Below, piece by piece: positions 56,762 through 64,000 of a DNA stretch of 64,000 bases. The stretch lies in assembly GCA_963779495.1 (NCBI GenBank), contig CAVZYM010000005.1, forward strand, positions 1,945,554-2,009,553. The letters run 5' to 3'. The notes under the pieces are model-generated. The model had not been told where the DNA came from. It saw nothing but the letters and a program-made list of their open reading frames with translations, and did not search any database. This DNA is from an uncultured Pseudomonadota bacterium. Lineage in GTDB: Bacteria > Myxococcota_A > Polyangia > Fen-1088. Position 1 is the first letter of the stretch; every line of letters begins with the position of its first letter. The position numbers were made by a program, and so were the translations under genes.

Positions 56762-57343
56762 ATGACCACCCGCCGCGCGCCCGAGGCGGATGCGTCATCC
56801 CCGGTCGTCCGGCGCCCCACGCTGGCCGAGCTGTTCCAGGCGCACGCGACCTTCATCTGGCGCGTCGTGGCGGGGCACGGCGTGGCGGCGGCAGACGTTC
56901 AGGACGTCACGCAGGAGGTCTTCCTGATCGCGTTCCGCAAGCTGGACGACTGGGATCCGGCCCGGTCGACGGCGGCGAGCTGGCTCTACGCGATCGCGAT
57001 CCGGGTCGCCGCCAACCACCGCCGGCGCGCCCACCTGCGCCACGAGACCCCCGGCGAGGTCCCGCAGGTGGCGGTCAGCCCCGATCCGGGGCGGTCGATC
57101 GATCGCACGCGCCTGCTGGTGCAGCTGGACACGGCGCTGGGCGAGATGGAGCCGCACCGGCGCGACGTCTTCATCGGCTACGAGCTCGCCGAGCAGACGA
57201 TGCACGAGGTGGCGCGCGCGGCCGGCTGTCCGCTGAAGACGGCGTACAAGCGGCTCTACGCCGCGCGCCGCGAGCTGGCGGCCCGGTTCGGCGTGGTGTG
57301 GGGCGGCGAGCCAGCGACGCAAGACGACCAGGACGACGAATGA
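56762..57343 (+). CDS. ECF-type sigma-70 factor
   Basis: Region 2 (DVTQEVFLIAFRKL...WLYAIAIRVAANHRR) and region 4 (RRDVFIGYELAEQTMHEVARAAGCPLKTAYKRLYAAR). Confidence 0.85.
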   Translation: MTTRRAPEADASSPVVRRPTLAELFQAHATFIWRVVAGHGVAAADVQDVTQEVFLIAFRKLDDWDPARSTAASWLYAIAIRVAANHRRRAHLRHETPGEVPQVAVSPDPGRSIDRTRLLVQLDTALGEMEPHRRDVFIGYELAEQTMHEVARAAGCPLKTAYKRLYAARRELAARFGVVWGGEPATQDDQDDE

Positions 57344-58146
57344 CTAAACGAACCGACGATCCCTTACGCCTATTCGAGGATCCCGACGCGCCGGCGCCCC
57401 TGGCCGAGGCGGTGCGCGCGGCGCGCGGCGCGGCCCCCGACCCGGCGGGGATGAAGACGCTGGCGCTCGCGCTCGGCCTGCCGGTGCCGCCGCTGCCGAT
57501 CGCGCCACCGCTGGCGCCCCCGCCGGTCGCGCCCGCCGCGGGCCTCGCCGCCGGCGCGGGCGCGGCGAAGCTCGCCGTCACCGGCCTCGCCGCGGCGACC
57601 GTCGTCGGCGCGGCCGCGATGGTCGCCGTCGTCGGCTTCGGCGTCGGCCGCCACCGCCCGCCCGCGCTCAGCGCGCCTGCGGCGGTGGTCGAAAAACTGG
57701 AGCGGCGCGTGCCCGAGCCGCTCGAGAACGCAGACGACATCGCGATCGCCGAGACGGCGCCGTCATCGGCCGCGCCTGCGCCGTCGCTGCGCCGCCACCA
57801 CACCACCCGCCCCGCGCCGGTGGCGGTTGCCGTCGAGGCGCCCCCCGCGCCGGTGGTCGAGGCGCCGTCAGATGCGGCCTCGCGGCTGCGCGAGGAGGCC
57901 GCGCTGGTGCAGACCGCCGAGCGCCTGCTGGCGACCGACCCCGCGGGCGCGCTTCGCCTGACCGAGGAGCGCCGCCGCCGCTTCGCGCGCGGCGCGCTGG
58001 ATCAGGAGGCGGAGGTCGTCGCGATCGACGCGCTCCTGCGCCTCGGCCGCCGCCCCGAAGCGGCCACCCGCGCCCACGCCTTCGAGGCCGCGCACGCCGG
58101 CTCGCTGCACGCCCGCCGCATCCGCCGCCTGCTAGGCGCCGACTGA
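57340..58146 (+). CDS. anti-sigma-like single-pass membrane protein
   Basis: ATGA overlap with the sigma stop. Has a central TM segment (AAATVVGAAAMVAVVGFGV) and a Pro/Ala-rich region. Confidence 0.6.
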   Translation: MTKRTDDPLRLFEDPDAPAPLAEAVRAARGAAPDPAGMKTLALALGLPVPPLPIAPPLAPPPVAPAAGLAAGAGAAKLAVTGLAAATVVGAAAMVAVVGFGVGRHRPPALSAPAAVVEKLERRVPEPLENADDIAIAETAPSSAAPAPSLRRHHTTRPAPVAVAVEAPPAPVVEAPSDAASRLREEAALVQTAERLLATDPAGALRLTEERRRRFARGALDQEAEVVAIDALLRLGRRPEAATRAHAFEAAHAGSLHARRIRRLLGAD

Positions 58147-58208
58147 TCGCTGCGCAGCGAACCGCCTGCCAACTTGATTCCGCGACAGTTGGTCGCCACA
58201 GTCGACCG

Positions 58209-58841
58209 ATGCCCTTCGACCCCAGCAACGCGGCGTCCGGGCGGCTGCACGCCGCCGCCACCGAGCGCAACCGCGAGCCGATCCTCGAGGTGCTCCGGCG
58301 CGTGTTGCCGCCGGCCGGGCTGGTCCTGGAGATCGCGAGCGGCACGGGGCAGCACGTGGTGTTCTTTGCCCGATCCTTGGCCCGCGCGTTTCCCGCGCTG
58401 CGCTGGCAGCCGTCGGATCCGTCCCCCGCGCACCTGGAGAGCATCCGCGCCTGGGCCGCCGAGCCCGACATCGACAACGTCGCGGACCCCGTCGCGCTGG
58501 ACGTCGAGGCGCAGCCCTGGCCGGTGACCCACGCCGACGCGATCCTGAACATCAACATGATCCACATCGCCCCCTGGCCGGCGACCGAGGCGCTGTTTCG
58601 GGGCGCCGCGCGGCTGTTGCCCGCGGCCGGCGTGCTGTTCCTCTACGGTCCCTTCAAGCGCGACGGCCAGCACACCGCCGAGAGCAACCAGCGCTTCGAC
58701 GAGCGGCTGCGCGGCGAGGACCCGCGCTGGGGCGTGCGCGATCTGGGCGACGTTCAGGCCGTCGCCGCCGCCGCGGGGTTTCAGCCGCCCGAGATCGTTC
58801 CCATGCCGGCGAACAACCTCTCTCTCGTATTTCGGCGTTAG
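58209..58841 (+). CDS. DUF938 (SAM-dependent methyltransferase-like) protein
   Basis: AAATERNREPIL...LEIASGTGQHVVFFA...NINMIHIAPW...LYGPF signature. Confidence 0.8.
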   Translation: MPFDPSNAASGRLHAAATERNREPILEVLRRVLPPAGLVLEIASGTGQHVVFFARSLARAFPALRWQPSDPSPAHLESIRAWAAEPDIDNVADPVALDVEAQPWPVTHADAILNINMIHIAPWPATEALFRGAARLLPAAGVLFLYGPFKRDGQHTAESNQRFDERLRGEDPRWGVRDLGDVQAVAAAAGFQPPEIVPMPANNLSLVFRR

Positions 58842-58851
58842 CCCGCGCGGC

Positions 58852-60009
58852 TCACGGGCACTTCGCGGCGATCGGCGGCAGCGCGCGCCACCAGGCCGTC
58901 GTCGTGGGCGCGGGCACCGCTACCGGCTCGACCGCCTCGCCAAGCCGCGGCGTCAGCAGCCGCACGCCCCGCGCCTCGGCCAGCGAGAGCAGCGTCTCGG
59001 CCGGCTCCGACCAGTCGTGGTAGGCGAGCACGAACGTCGACCAGTGGATCGGGATGAGCACCTTGGCGCCGAGGCGCGCGTGCGCCTCCAGCGCCCCCTC
59101 GGGCCCCAGGTGTATGTCGCCCCAGGCCTGGTTGAACTGCCCGATCTCGAACAGCGCGACGTCGAACGGCCCCTCGCGCCGCGCGATCTCGCGCAGCGAT
59201 TCGGTGAGGCCGGTGTCGCCGCTGAAGAAGGCGCGGTGGCGCGGCCCGACGATCGACCACGACGCCCAGAGCGCGCCCGTGCGCCAGGGAAGGCCGCGTC
59301 CGTTGAAGTGGCGCGCCGGCGTCGCCACCAGCCGGACGCCGCCGGGCAGCGGCGCGTCCTGCCACCAGTCGTGCTCGACGATCTGCGCCGCCGGAACGCC
59401 CCACGACGCCAGGTGCGCGCCGATGCCGACCGGAACGTGGAACGGCACGCCGCGCGCGGCGAGCGCCCGCACGGACCCCTCGTCCAGGTGATCGTAGTGC
59501 TCGTGCGAGACGACGACCGCGTCCAGGTGCGGCAGCTCGGCGATCGAGATCGGCGGCGGGTGAAACCGCGTCGGCCCGACCCAGCGCGAGGGGGACGCGC
59601 GCTCGCCGAACATCGGATCGGTCAGCACCGCGACGCCGTCGACCTCGACCAGCACCGTCGAGTGCCCGAGCCAGGTCACGCGCAGGTCCGAGGCGGCCTT
59701 CACCGCCAGCCGCGCCGCCGCGTCGGTCGCCATCGGCAGCGGGCAGATGGGCGCCCGCATCTCCTTGCCGAACGCCCAGTGCTTCAGCGCCCCGAACCAC
59801 TTCGCCGCCGCCATCAGCGACGTCGGCTCGGCGTTCATGAACCGGTCACCCTGGAACTGCGCCGACGCCCGCAGCCGCCCCACGTCCGGGCTGCCGCCAA
59901 ACGCGCCGAAGCGCCCCGTCGACAGCCAGGCAAGCACGACCACGACCAGCGTGAGCACGACCGTGCCGCCAAGCGCATATCCAAGAAGGTGAACGACCCG
60001 GCTCAACAT
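58852..60009 (-). CDS. MBL-fold metallo-hydrolase (NAPE-PLD-like), N-terminal TM segment
   Basis: VVVSHEHYDHLD HxHxDH motif. Start chosen at ATG 60009 (MLSRVVHLLGY); the ORF extends to 60057. Confidence 0.8.
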   Translation of the reverse strand: MLSRVVHLLGYALGGTVVLTLVVVVLAWLSTGRFGAFGGSPDVGRLRASAQFQGDRFMNAEPTSLMAAAKWFGALKHWAFGKEMRAPICPLPMATDAAARLAVKAASDLRVTWLGHSTVLVEVDGVAVLTDPMFGERASPSRWVGPTRFHPPPISIAELPHLDAVVVSHEHYDHLDEGSVRALAARGVPFHVPVGIGAHLASWGVPAAQIVEHDWWQDAPLPGGVRLVATPARHFNGRGLPWRTGALWASWSIVGPRHRAFFSGDTGLTESLREIARREGPFDVALFEIGQFNQAWGDIHLGPEGALEAHARLGAKVLIPIHWSTFVLAYHDWSEPAETLLSLAEARGVRLLTPRLGEAVEPVAVPAPTTTAWWRALPPIAAKCP

Positions 60010-60194
60010 GCGACGGAGCCTAGCCGACTGGGTGGCGTCGCCGGGCGGGGTTGGCACGCGCTTAACACTACTTCATGAAGCGGAGGCCACCAGGGCTAGA
60101 GGCGATGTCGACCTCGAGCCAGCTCATGGGTCGGCTCGGAGAGGGTCGAAGTGCCTCATCGATCAATTGATCCATGAGGCCATGCGCACGCCGG

Positions 60195-61145
60195 TCAGCC
60201 TAGCTTCTGGCGACGGATCTTCTTTTTCAATCGATCCGATAGAGGAATATTTGTGATTCTGATGTCCGGGCGGTCGGTGCTCGTGTGGAATCCCACGAGG
60301 TTTCCAAAGCTCAGCTCGCAGATTCCGATGCCAGCGTAGGGCTGACTATCGCCGATTCGCACGAGGCTCTTGAATGTGATCTCGTGGTTCAGGTGGCGCA
60401 TATACACATGCCCCTTTACCCTCGCCGCATGGACCGATAGGCGCTTGTCGCCAACGCAGATCTGGGGCCGGTTCGAGATATTGATATCGACGGTAAGTAG
60501 ACGCCCTTCGTTTTCCTTCAACGTTTCGTTGAGCGCAGGCCGCACTTGGTTGAGCGCGGTATCGCAAGCCCAGTGACACAGGCCCATCACGTTAGCCAGC
60601 CCCTCGATAGGCTGACCGTCGGCGCCACAGATAGGCGGGTTTCGGGGAAGGGCTTCGAGGATTTCGTCGTCGATACGCTCGTCGGGATTCAGGTGAACGT
60701 TAGGCTGGCCGTGCCACTCCAGACTTACCTCGGTGAACGGCATGTTCTTCGAGAACGCGACGTGCGGAAAGCCTTGCGAAGGCTCCCAATCCATCAGTTC
60801 CCACAGCTCCATCCCGTGGTAGCGCGCCTTCGCGATCGCTGGCGCCGTATACCCACTTGCCGAGACAACCCCACGATGAGTGATCCCCGGCATGTCCTGG
60901 AGCTTCGCGCACAGTTGCTCGACCGCGATTACGTCGAGCGGGCGCTTTTCTGCTTTTACTTCGATGCCCTTGAAGGCCTGAACCGCACCGTCAGCCGCAC
61001 GAGTGGTGACCGTAATATCGACGTCCCTGGGATTCCCGCTCGCGACGTCTTCGACCATGTCCCCGAGCACGACGTCTACATTGTCGTCGCCTGAGGCGAT
61101 CGTTAGGACGCCAACGATATAGTGGACATCCGTGTCGGTGAGCAT
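60195..61145 (-). CDS. restriction-endonuclease-fold (PD-(D/E)xK, Mrr_cat-like) protein with unassigned C-terminal domain
   Basis: DVDITV...GIEVKAEK...VVSASGYTAPAIAKA matches the D...ExK plus downstream S.sGfT..A pattern. GC is visibly lower than in the flanks. Confidence 0.6.
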   Translation of the reverse strand: MLTDTDVHYIVGVLTIASGDDNVDVVLGDMVEDVASGNPRDVDITVTTRAADGAVQAFKGIEVKAEKRPLDVIAVEQLCAKLQDMPGITHRGVVSASGYTAPAIAKARYHGMELWELMDWEPSQGFPHVAFSKNMPFTEVSLEWHGQPNVHLNPDERIDDEILEALPRNPPICGADGQPIEGLANVMGLCHWACDTALNQVRPALNETLKENEGRLLTVDINISNRPQICVGDKRLSVHAARVKGHVYMRHLNHEITFKSLVRIGDSQPYAGIGICELSFGNLVGFHTSTDRPDIRITNIPLSDRLKKKIRRQKLG

Positions 61146-61164
61146 CGACCAGGTCCGTTGAAAC

Positions 61165-62112
61165 CTAGAGGCCGATCGCCAGACCGGCGCCGATGTGGAG
61201 GTAGCGGGTGTGGAGGTCGCCGTCCGAGTTGGATTGAAAGCCGACCTGATAACCGAGATCGACGGTCAGGAAGAGCCGGGGAACGAGCGCGACCTCGGTG
61301 CCGACGGAGAAGTCGACCATCATGCCTTTGGGGTTTGGCTCCGCAGAAGCGCCCGACGACGTCGACGGCAAGGCGATGATCGAGTAGCCCGGGGAGAGGC
61401 GCGCGAAGGCCGCCACGCCCGGAGACACCGGCGCGCGGGCGGTCACGCGGGCGCGTAGATCGAACTCCTTGGCCGACTCGCCCGTGAAGCCATCGCCCTT
61501 GACCCGGAAGATGACCTGCGGTGACAGCCCGACGGCGACGTAGGGGTTGATGCCCACATCGATGAACGGAGCCACGGCCATGGCGAACACGGTGTCCGTC
61601 GAGGCGGTCCCCGACAGCGTGCCGGTCGGGAGCAGCGAGAACATCACGCCCAGCTTCGCGGGTTCAGCGGGTGGCCGTGAGACGGCGGCGCGCGCGGTAA
61701 CCGTCGGTGGCGCAGCGGCGGTAGGCGCGGTGGCGATGGGCGGAGCGGCGGCAGCGGCGGGGTCGGTGGGCGAGGGAGCAGGGGGCGGGACGGCAGGGGG
61801 CGGGGCCGCGACAGACTCCTGAGCCTCGGCGTCGTGAATGAAGCCGAAGCGTCCGTCAGGCAGCTGCACCCGCCGCCAAACGCCCTGGGCCTGATCGTCG
61901 GCGGGCAGGACGTCGCCGGCATGCACGCGCGCGATCTCTGGCGCGACCTCGAACGGCGCGGAGTGGACGATCGCCTCGGGGACCGCGACGGCACGGTTCG
62001 CGGCGTTGCTCGTGGATGCCCAGAGGGAGCAGAGGCTGAAAGCGACGACACCGAGTCGGACGGAGAGCTGGATGCGGGGGGGCGAGATCATGAGGCGGTC
62101 ATGATCGATCAA
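61165..62112 (-). CDS. secreted SH3-like domain, Pro/Ala linker and beta-barrel-like protein
   Basis: Signal peptide. SAPFEVAPEIARVHAGDVLP...WRRVQLPDGRFGFI (bacterial SH3-like). The C-terminal part has an alternating beta pattern. Confidence 0.6.
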   Translation of the reverse strand: MIDHDRLMISPPRIQLSVRLGVVAFSLCSLWASTSNAANRAVAVPEAIVHSAPFEVAPEIARVHAGDVLPADDQAQGVWRRVQLPDGRFGFIHDAEAQESVAAPPPAVPPPAPSPTDPAAAAAPPIATAPTAAAPPTVTARAAVSRPPAEPAKLGVMFSLLPTGTLSGTASTDTVFAMAVAPFIDVGINPYVAVGLSPQVIFRVKGDGFTGESAKEFDLRARVTARAPVSPGVAAFARLSPGYSIIALPSTSSGASAEPNPKGMMVDFSVGTEVALVPRLFLTVDLGYQVGFQSNSDGDLHTRYLHIGAGLAIGL

Positions 62113-62266
62113 GATGCTCTTGAGGTCGACCCACGGGAGGCATGCATCCCGCGCAGACGTCTCACTCGAACGAAATCATGTCCTCGACGGCAGCGCGGAA
62201 CCAATCCCAGAACGATGGGTATGCGGCGACGAATTCCCGGCCTTCCTGCGCGAAGTCGTGGATCCG

Positions 62267-62554
62267 TCAACTCTCCTGAACGACGAAGAAAGACATTCCG
62301 CACCACTCAGGCACGTCGCTCGGTGCTTGAAAGAAATCCTTCGGGTACTCCAGGCCAGCGCCTTTGAGACGCCGAACGAACTCCTCCGCTGCTTCCTCAC
62401 CGAAATGAGGTCCAAACGAGATCAACTCCGGATCAGCATCGTACGCGGCCTTGGCTTCCATGAGGGACAGCAGTTTGCTTTCATCGATGTTGAGACGAGC
62501 GAGAGCTCGTTTCCGAATCACGATGCCGAAATGGGGCGATACACGAATGCTCAT
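62267..62554 (-). CDS. putative cognate immunity protein of the RHS toxin (ORF continues in frame past TGA to 62162)
   Basis: Starts 9 nt after the RHS stop on the same strand and lies in low-GC sequence. The sequence after the TGA reads RIHDFAQEGREFVAAYPSFWDWFRAAVEDMISFE. Confidence 0.55.
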   Translation of the reverse strand: MSIRVSPHFGIVIRKRALARLNIDESKLLSLMEAKAAYDADPELISFGPHFGEEAAEEFVRRLKGAGLEYPKDFFQAPSDVPEWCGMSFFVVQES

Positions 62555-62563
62555 TGATGGCCT

Positions 62564-64000
62564 CTATGGGTAGTGAATGCTGACGTTGTGGATCGGCGTG
62601 TTCTGCATGTTACTGGGTAGCCAACTCCATCCCTGCTGCCCACCCTGCTGCAGCGCACTCCCGGGAACTGAAAAGTCGACTCGGACGGGACCTGTTCCTC
62701 CGGGCTTCGGCATACCAGGTGAGGTGACGTACACACGCCCGGCTTCGCCGCCAATGCCACCCGGCACGTGGGTTCCCTGATTTGCTATCCACTTCTCAGC
62801 TTCCTGTGGACTCATCCACCGCGAGACCTCCGTGTACCCTTTTTGAACTGGGCCCGTTGCCGCTCCGGGCCCGCGGGGGAACACCACCCTGCCACCGAAA
62901 GCGCCTCTTGTGGCAGGTGGCGAACTTGTGGCGGCTCCCGGTGACGGAGCCTTCCCCCGAGCGAACGTCGCCTTCACCGCGCTCGCAACCTTGGGGGCTA
63001 CCTTCGAGGCTACCTTGACGGCGACCTTTGCGACGCCGGCCGTGACGCGGTCCCCAACAACACCGCCCACCACGTCGCCGGCTATGGCGATGGGGGAGAA
63101 GGTCTTCGAGTAGCTGCCGGTCTCGATTGCGCGGTAGGCGGCGCCGCCGTAAGCGCCCGAGACCGCGCCTTGGACGAGGAGGCTCGCCCCGGCGGTGGCG
63201 GCGGCCGCCGCGCCGGCGACCGCGCCTCCGACGACCGATGCGCCCAAGCTGCGGCCGGAGAATTGTCCGGTGATCGCGGCCTTCACCAGGTAGGCGCCGC
63301 CGCCGATCACTGCGCCGATGAAGGCTCCGCCCAGGATGTGGGGGAAGCGGCCGTCGGGATCGACGTGGCTGGTCGGGTTGTTGCGGGTGTAGCCGTAGAC
63401 GTTGAGGAGCTGGGGGTCTTCGAGTGCCAGCTCGGGGCTTTCCAGGATCGCGGGATCGGGGGAGAGGAAGAGGCCGAGGGCGGGGTCGTAGGCGCGGGCG
63501 CCGAAGTGGTAGAGGCCCGTGTCGGGGTCGCGCTCCTTGCCGGTGAACGCGTAGGGCTCGGTGGTCGCGGCGAGGTCGCCGCCGTAGGGATCGAATGCCG
63601 TCTCGGCGATGACGGTGCCGGCGTCGTCGGTCTGCAGCGCGACGCCACCGAGGTGGTCCTGGTGGTAGTAGATGGCGCCGGCGAGGCCGGCTGGCGCGCC
63701 TGCGCTACCGGCACATCCGGCGACGCTGCCGCTGAGCACGACGCACGCGAGGCCCAGGGCGGCAAGCGCAGAAGCGCGACGCTGCACCACGGGCCAACCG
63801 CGGCGGGCGAGGGCGAGGAGGCCCGCGAGCAGCAAGGCGGCGATGCCCGCGCCCCCCGCCACCGGCGGCAAGCGCGCCAGACCTGCTGCGAGCGCACTTG
63901 CCGCCGGTATCCCGCCGCCCAATCGTGCAATTCGTTGGCCGCCGGCGAACACGTAGTCGACCAGCTCGCCATCCCGCTCCTCGGCCAGCTTGTCGATGTA
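62564..64000 (-). CDS. RHS repeat-associated core domain protein with polymorphic C-terminal toxin domain (5' partial)
   Basis: YYHQDHLGG, FTGKERDPDTGLYHFGARAYDPALGLFLSPDP and YGYTRNNPTSHVDPDGRF core-end motifs. The frame is open to nt 64000 (YIDKLAEERDGELVDYVFAGGQRIARL). Confidence 0.85.
   Translation of the reverse strand, partial: YIDKLAEERDGELVDYVFAGGQRIARLGGGIPAASALAAGLARLPPVAGGAGIAALLLAGLLALARRGWPVVQRRASALAALGLACVVLSGSVAGCAGSAGAPAGLAGAIYYHQDHLGGVALQTDDAGTVIAETAFDPYGGDLAATTEPYAFTGKERDPDTGLYHFGARAYDPALGLFLSPDPAILESPELALEDPQLLNVYGYTRNNPTSHVDPDGRFPHILGGAFIGAVIGGGAYLVKAAITGQFSGRSLGASVVGGAVAGAAAAATAGASLLVQGAVSGAYGGAAYRAIETGSYSKTFSPIAIAGDVVGGVVGDRVTAGVAKVAVKVASKVAPKVASAVKATFARGKAPSPGAATSSPPATRGAFGGRVVFPRGPGAATGPVQKGYTEVSRWMSPQEAEKWIANQGTHVPGGIGGEAGRVYVTSPGMPKPGGTGPVRVDFSVPGSALQQGGQQGWSWLPSNMQNTPIHNVSIHYP

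Noticed and set aside
62267-62269. Selenocysteine or programmed recoding at the in-frame TGA
   Set aside because: No SECIS-like hairpin is evident immediately downstream, and nothing in the context suggests a redox protein. A nonsense mutation or base-call error is simpler. The recoding idea is kept only as a remote option in the finding.
62114-62557. 147-aa plus-strand ORF opposite the immunity-like gene
   Set aside because: The minus-strand ORF is positioned 9 nt after the RHS stop, as expected for a cognate immunity gene, and has more protein-like sequence on both sides of the TGA. The plus ORF would overlap it completely.

Overview
This is a high-GC (about 68-70% by eye) bacterial chromosomal window. 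I support about 75 protein-coding genes and found no rRNA, tRNA or CRISPR array. The gene content suggests a myxobacterial (Myxococcota) genome, but that is inference only. The clues are several ECF sigma/anti-sigma pairs, lipoproteins with a Cys/Asp-rich metal-binding-like motif, Pro-rich linkers, an RHS toxin, and many Sel1/TPR/SUKH-type small genes.

Layout:
- 0-31 kb is mostly core-like. It holds an MFS pump, an acyltransferase, an OmpA/DUF2382 stress-like cluster, an AI-2E transporter, a 4-gene amino-sugar operon, two ECF modules, a dipeptide epimerase, a ricin lectin and an S8 protease.
- It is interrupted at 14.4-16.2 kb by an IS200/RAYT-like HUH transposase gene. That gene carries a near-perfect 503-bp tandem duplication.
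- 31-48 kb is a patchy, lower-GC accessory island of small genes. Many are immunity-type (SMI1/KNR4, Imm33/DUF2185-like, SUFU-like) or Sel1/TPR/VOC.
- 48-60 kb holds an AraC/GlxA regulator, methyltransferases, a translationally coupled lipoprotein / di-haem cytochrome c peroxidase / lipoprotein operon, and an ECF module.
- 60-64 kb holds a low-GC stand-alone PD-(D/E)xK nuclease-fold gene. It also holds the 3' end of an RHS polymorphic toxin with an unplaced C-terminal domain and a downstream immunity-like ORF split by an in-frame TGA.

Caveat: at least five conserved genes show frame disruptions. There is also one in-frame stop and one missing stop. Either the assembly carries indel errors or there is real gene decay.

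All family calls come from motif recognition by eye. No searches or alignments were run.
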